From sequence record MZ443783.1: a stretch of 64,000 bases of DNA; one strand, 5' to 3'. The translations under genes were made by a program, and so were the position numbers. Below are positions 61,606 to 64,000 of the stretch, piece by piece. The stretch's first letter is position 1, and every line of letters begins with the position of its first letter. The notes below the pieces were generated by a model. It did not search any database. It worked only from the letters and a program-made list of their open reading frames with translations, and was not told the DNA's origin.

Positions 61606-62404
61606 CTGCCGAGGACTGACTCGTGATGCACTTTTACCGACTGCCGAGAAACCATGTGCTACGCAAGGTCAGTTGGCTGATTCTAAGATCTGCAAACACT
61701 ATCGCTCTGACAGCCAATCGCTGACAGACCTGATGACCGAGCACGGTGATTCACTTGTTGGGCTTTTTAACACGTTCAAAAACTTCTCTGACAAAGACCT
61801 GCGCGTTGTCGCTGGTATGCTGCTGGCAGAGTCGAAAACACGCCGTCATGGTGTGCGTATGGGGCAAGCTGTATTCGTTCGTTATCAAGGCCGTGAGACA
61901 CGCAACTACCTGAACAACTTCATGGCAGCGCGTGTGCTTGACGTAGACGACAACACGATCCGCCTTATTTCCGAGAAAGGTGATATCGTTCTGACGTATG
62001 CGAACACTGGCTTCAATGGTCCGTCCGTGTATACCAAGAAGCAATTTGCTAAACTGCGTACCGAGATGATCAAGGCAGGCCGCCTTGTTGATCCAGAGCG
62101 CGAGATCAAAACTGCCAAACGCCTTCTCCCACAAGAAGACAATGTTAACTTCTCCGCACCAAGCGAACTCGATGGCTTCTCTGTTCCTCTGATGGAAGAC
62201 GTTGCCAAAGGTCGTGGCGGCAAGCGCAAAGGCAAGAAGACCCAGACGCTGGTTGATATTGTTAGCATGATCGAGAACGGTCATGACATGGGCGCAGAGC
62301 AAGACGAGTCAGGTGTGATGAGTCTTGGTGGTAACAGCTATCGCCACAAGAAGAAAAAACTTAACGTCGGTAAGAACGGCGTGGTTGAAATGGGCGATAT
62401 GTAA
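61538..62404 (+). CDS. Hypothetical protein with N-terminal Cys cluster
   Basis: AAGGGG RBS; CGDC..C..C pattern. Confidence 0.8.
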   Translation: MANQKVRTLDIKAIVKSELTCGDCRGLTRDALLPTAEKPCATQGQLADSKICKHYRSDSQSLTDLMTEHGDSLVGLFNTFKNFSDKDLRVVAGMLLAESKTRRHGVRMGQAVFVRYQGRETRNYLNNFMAARVLDVDDNTIRLISEKGDIVLTYANTGFNGPSVYTKKQFAKLRTEMIKAGRLVDPEREIKTAKRLLPQEDNVNFSAPSELDGFSVPLMEDVAKGRGGKRKGKKTQTLVDIVSMIENGHDMGAEQDESGVMSLGGNSYRHKKKKLNVGKNGVVEMGDM

Positions 62405-62460
62405 GTTAAGGTCTACACAGCAAATTCACTTCTAACTATACGAACAGGATCTCGGAAAAA

Positions 62461-63603
62461 ATGATCACAACAGAAGAATCAGGCCTTAATGAATATCTCT
62501 CTAACCGTCTGGGCATTGAGGAAGGCTCAGAGGCATTTCGTCGAGTATACGCTGCAACAATTCGTTATGTGGGCAGCGGGTATAAATCTATCGCGGGTTA
62601 TCACCGTGACTTGCAAGCAGCCGTTGACTTTAAGCAGTTCGAATTTACTGCTCCTGACTTGCGCATTGATATTTCTTCCGTGTGTCGTTTCACGTTGAAG
62701 ATGCGGTTCTTCGTGCTGGCCGTATGTCTGCATAAAGACCCTGTAGCAACCATTCAAAAATATGCGCTGTATGGCCTGTCGAAGCGTGAAGCTGTTCTCG
62801 CCTGGAATTTGATTCTCAAGGACGATGCGCAGCGTAAGCAGATACGCCGTATAGCTAAACAAAAATCCAAGTCAAGGGGAGGCCTTGATATTACGATGGT
62901 AAGCAGCCGTGAACTTCGTTTGCGTCTGGAGCAGACCTCAAGTCTGTTCGCCATCATCCACAGAAGTGCAAAAGGCCTTGTGCGCAAGAAGCTGAACTGG
63001 GTCTGCAAGAGTGAGAACATACCTCAGGCAGATATGACCTGCGACATTATGTGTAAGGTGTTGCTGTCATACTATCAATCCTTACCGAATCGTTTCAGTG
63101 AGGGCCACCAGCTCAACTATCTTCGCGCTTCTCTGACGAATCGTATTAACAACATGAACAACTACTACAGTGCAGATTGCCGTAAGCGTATGCACAAGGT
63201 AGGTGAAGACAAGTATGAGATCTTGGTTATGTCTGACAATCAGATGTGGCACAACCCAGATGATGATAGTTCAAACTCATATGAAGACATGTTGGGTGAA
63301 GATGCTCGCATTCACACGGAGCAGATGGAAAACAATCTGACCATCAATCGGCTTCTGGAGGAGGCCGAAGGTACCAAACGCCACAAACTGTATCAAACGG
63401 TTCTCGGTCGTGATTGTGCCGAGTTCACTGACTATCTGCGCGAGAACGGAATGCTTAAACAGACCATGACGTGTGCCACACAGTGGCTCATGGCTAAGCC
63501 TACGAAATTCATTCGCAAGACTCTGGCCAACTGGCTTGAGGTTAGCATTGATGCCGTAACAGGTGGTCTGGAAACATTACGCGGTTCATTACAGGTAGCA
63601 TGA
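62461..63603 (+). CDS. Putative sigma70-family phage sigma factor
   Basis: Region-2-like LVRKKL..QADMTCDIMCKVL..LNYLRASLTNRINN; region-4-like TLANWLEVSIDAV..LETLRGSL. Confidence 0.55.
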   Translation: MITTEESGLNEYLSNRLGIEEGSEAFRRVYAATIRYVGSGYKSIAGYHRDLQAAVDFKQFEFTAPDLRIDISSVCRFTLKMRFFVLAVCLHKDPVATIQKYALYGLSKREAVLAWNLILKDDAQRKQIRRIAKQKSKSRGGLDITMVSSRELRLRLEQTSSLFAIIHRSAKGLVRKKLNWVCKSENIPQADMTCDIMCKVLLSYYQSLPNRFSEGHQLNYLRASLTNRINNMNNYYSADCRKRMHKVGEDKYEILVMSDNQMWHNPDDDSSNSYEDMLGEDARIHTEQMENNLTINRLLEEAEGTKRHKLYQTVLGRDCAEFTDYLRENGMLKQTMTCATQWLMAKPTKFIRKTLANWLEVSIDAVTGGLETLRGSLQVA

Positions 63604-63992
63604 GAGGTCACCATATAGTTATGCAGCAAGCAATCATTAACACTGACGTAGAGCGCTCTGCACTTGCGCTGTTCAGCCGTCCTCAGTTGGATGAGGACTA
63701 TAAGCGTACCGTACTGTATCTCGTGTATAAGACTGTAAATCGTAATGGCATGATGCAGGTGAATCGTCTGCTGTTCGAATTGAGCCAGAAGTACGAACTC
63801 AACAAAGAAGATGTGAAGTCTGCTATCGGTGCTCTCAAAGCTCCGTACGCATTCAACGCGCTCTCTGTGTTTGTACCTCGTGCAGATACCAAAGCAAACC
63901 GTGTGTGCCGTGTGAACTCGAATACTGCAATTGAAAACTGGATTGCAGAGGTAGAGCAAACGCGTCCTCATATCACTCGCTTGTTGCAGTAG
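63600..63992 (+). CDS. Hypothetical protein
   Basis: ATGA coupling to the sigma-like gene. Confidence 0.75.
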   Translation: MRGHHIVMQQAIINTDVERSALALFSRPQLDEDYKRTVLYLVYKTVNRNGMMQVNRLLFELSQKYELNKEDVKSAIGALKAPYAFNALSVFVPRADTKANRVCRVNSNTAIENWIAEVEQTRPHITRLLQ

Positions 63993-64000
63993 GGGCATAA

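Noticed and set aside
1-64000. Stop-codon reassignment or programmed frameshifts
   Set aside because: Genes tile almost without gaps under the standard code, all three stops are used at gene ends, and recognisable enzymes are uninterrupted.

Overview
A 64-kb slice of a large lytic phage genome, most likely a jumbo myovirus of Enterobacterales. About 99 tightly packed genes lie on the + strand. I see no structural genes, tRNAs or CRISPR array. The combination of recA, gyrB/gyrA, a sigma-like gene and very acidic proteins recalls the Alexandravirus/Salmondvirus/Y3-type phages (from memory, unverified). Recognisable genes: intein-containing RecA/UvsX (5' end truncated by the window), RNA 2'-phosphotransferase KptA, a radical SAM enzyme, a DksA/TraR (YbiI-like) zinc finger, UV endonuclease UvsE, dUTPase, an SLT lytic transglycosylase, an HD hydrolase, type II topoisomerase B and A subunits, an HNH protein and a probable sigma70-family factor. 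Most notable observations: (1) a full-length AcrVA2-like protein between two paralogous unknown genes, behind a direct-repeat operator-like element; (2) twelve copies of a promoter cassette with a GCA-N7-GG-HYRRAA box 36-38 bp upstream of a sigma70 -10 hexamer, usually followed by a 5' stem-loop; (3) eleven ribosome-binding sites folded into hairpins with an invariant GAGG loop and nine different co-varying stems; (4) a 14-kb cluster of poly-acidic proteins, lysine-rich and histone-H1-like proteins, and a repeated HeH/Rho-N-like module, possibly a phage chromatin or condensate system; (5) a candidate second promoter class (CTGTAAA) and several structured non-coding leaders. Family calls come from motif recognition by eye; no database searches were run.
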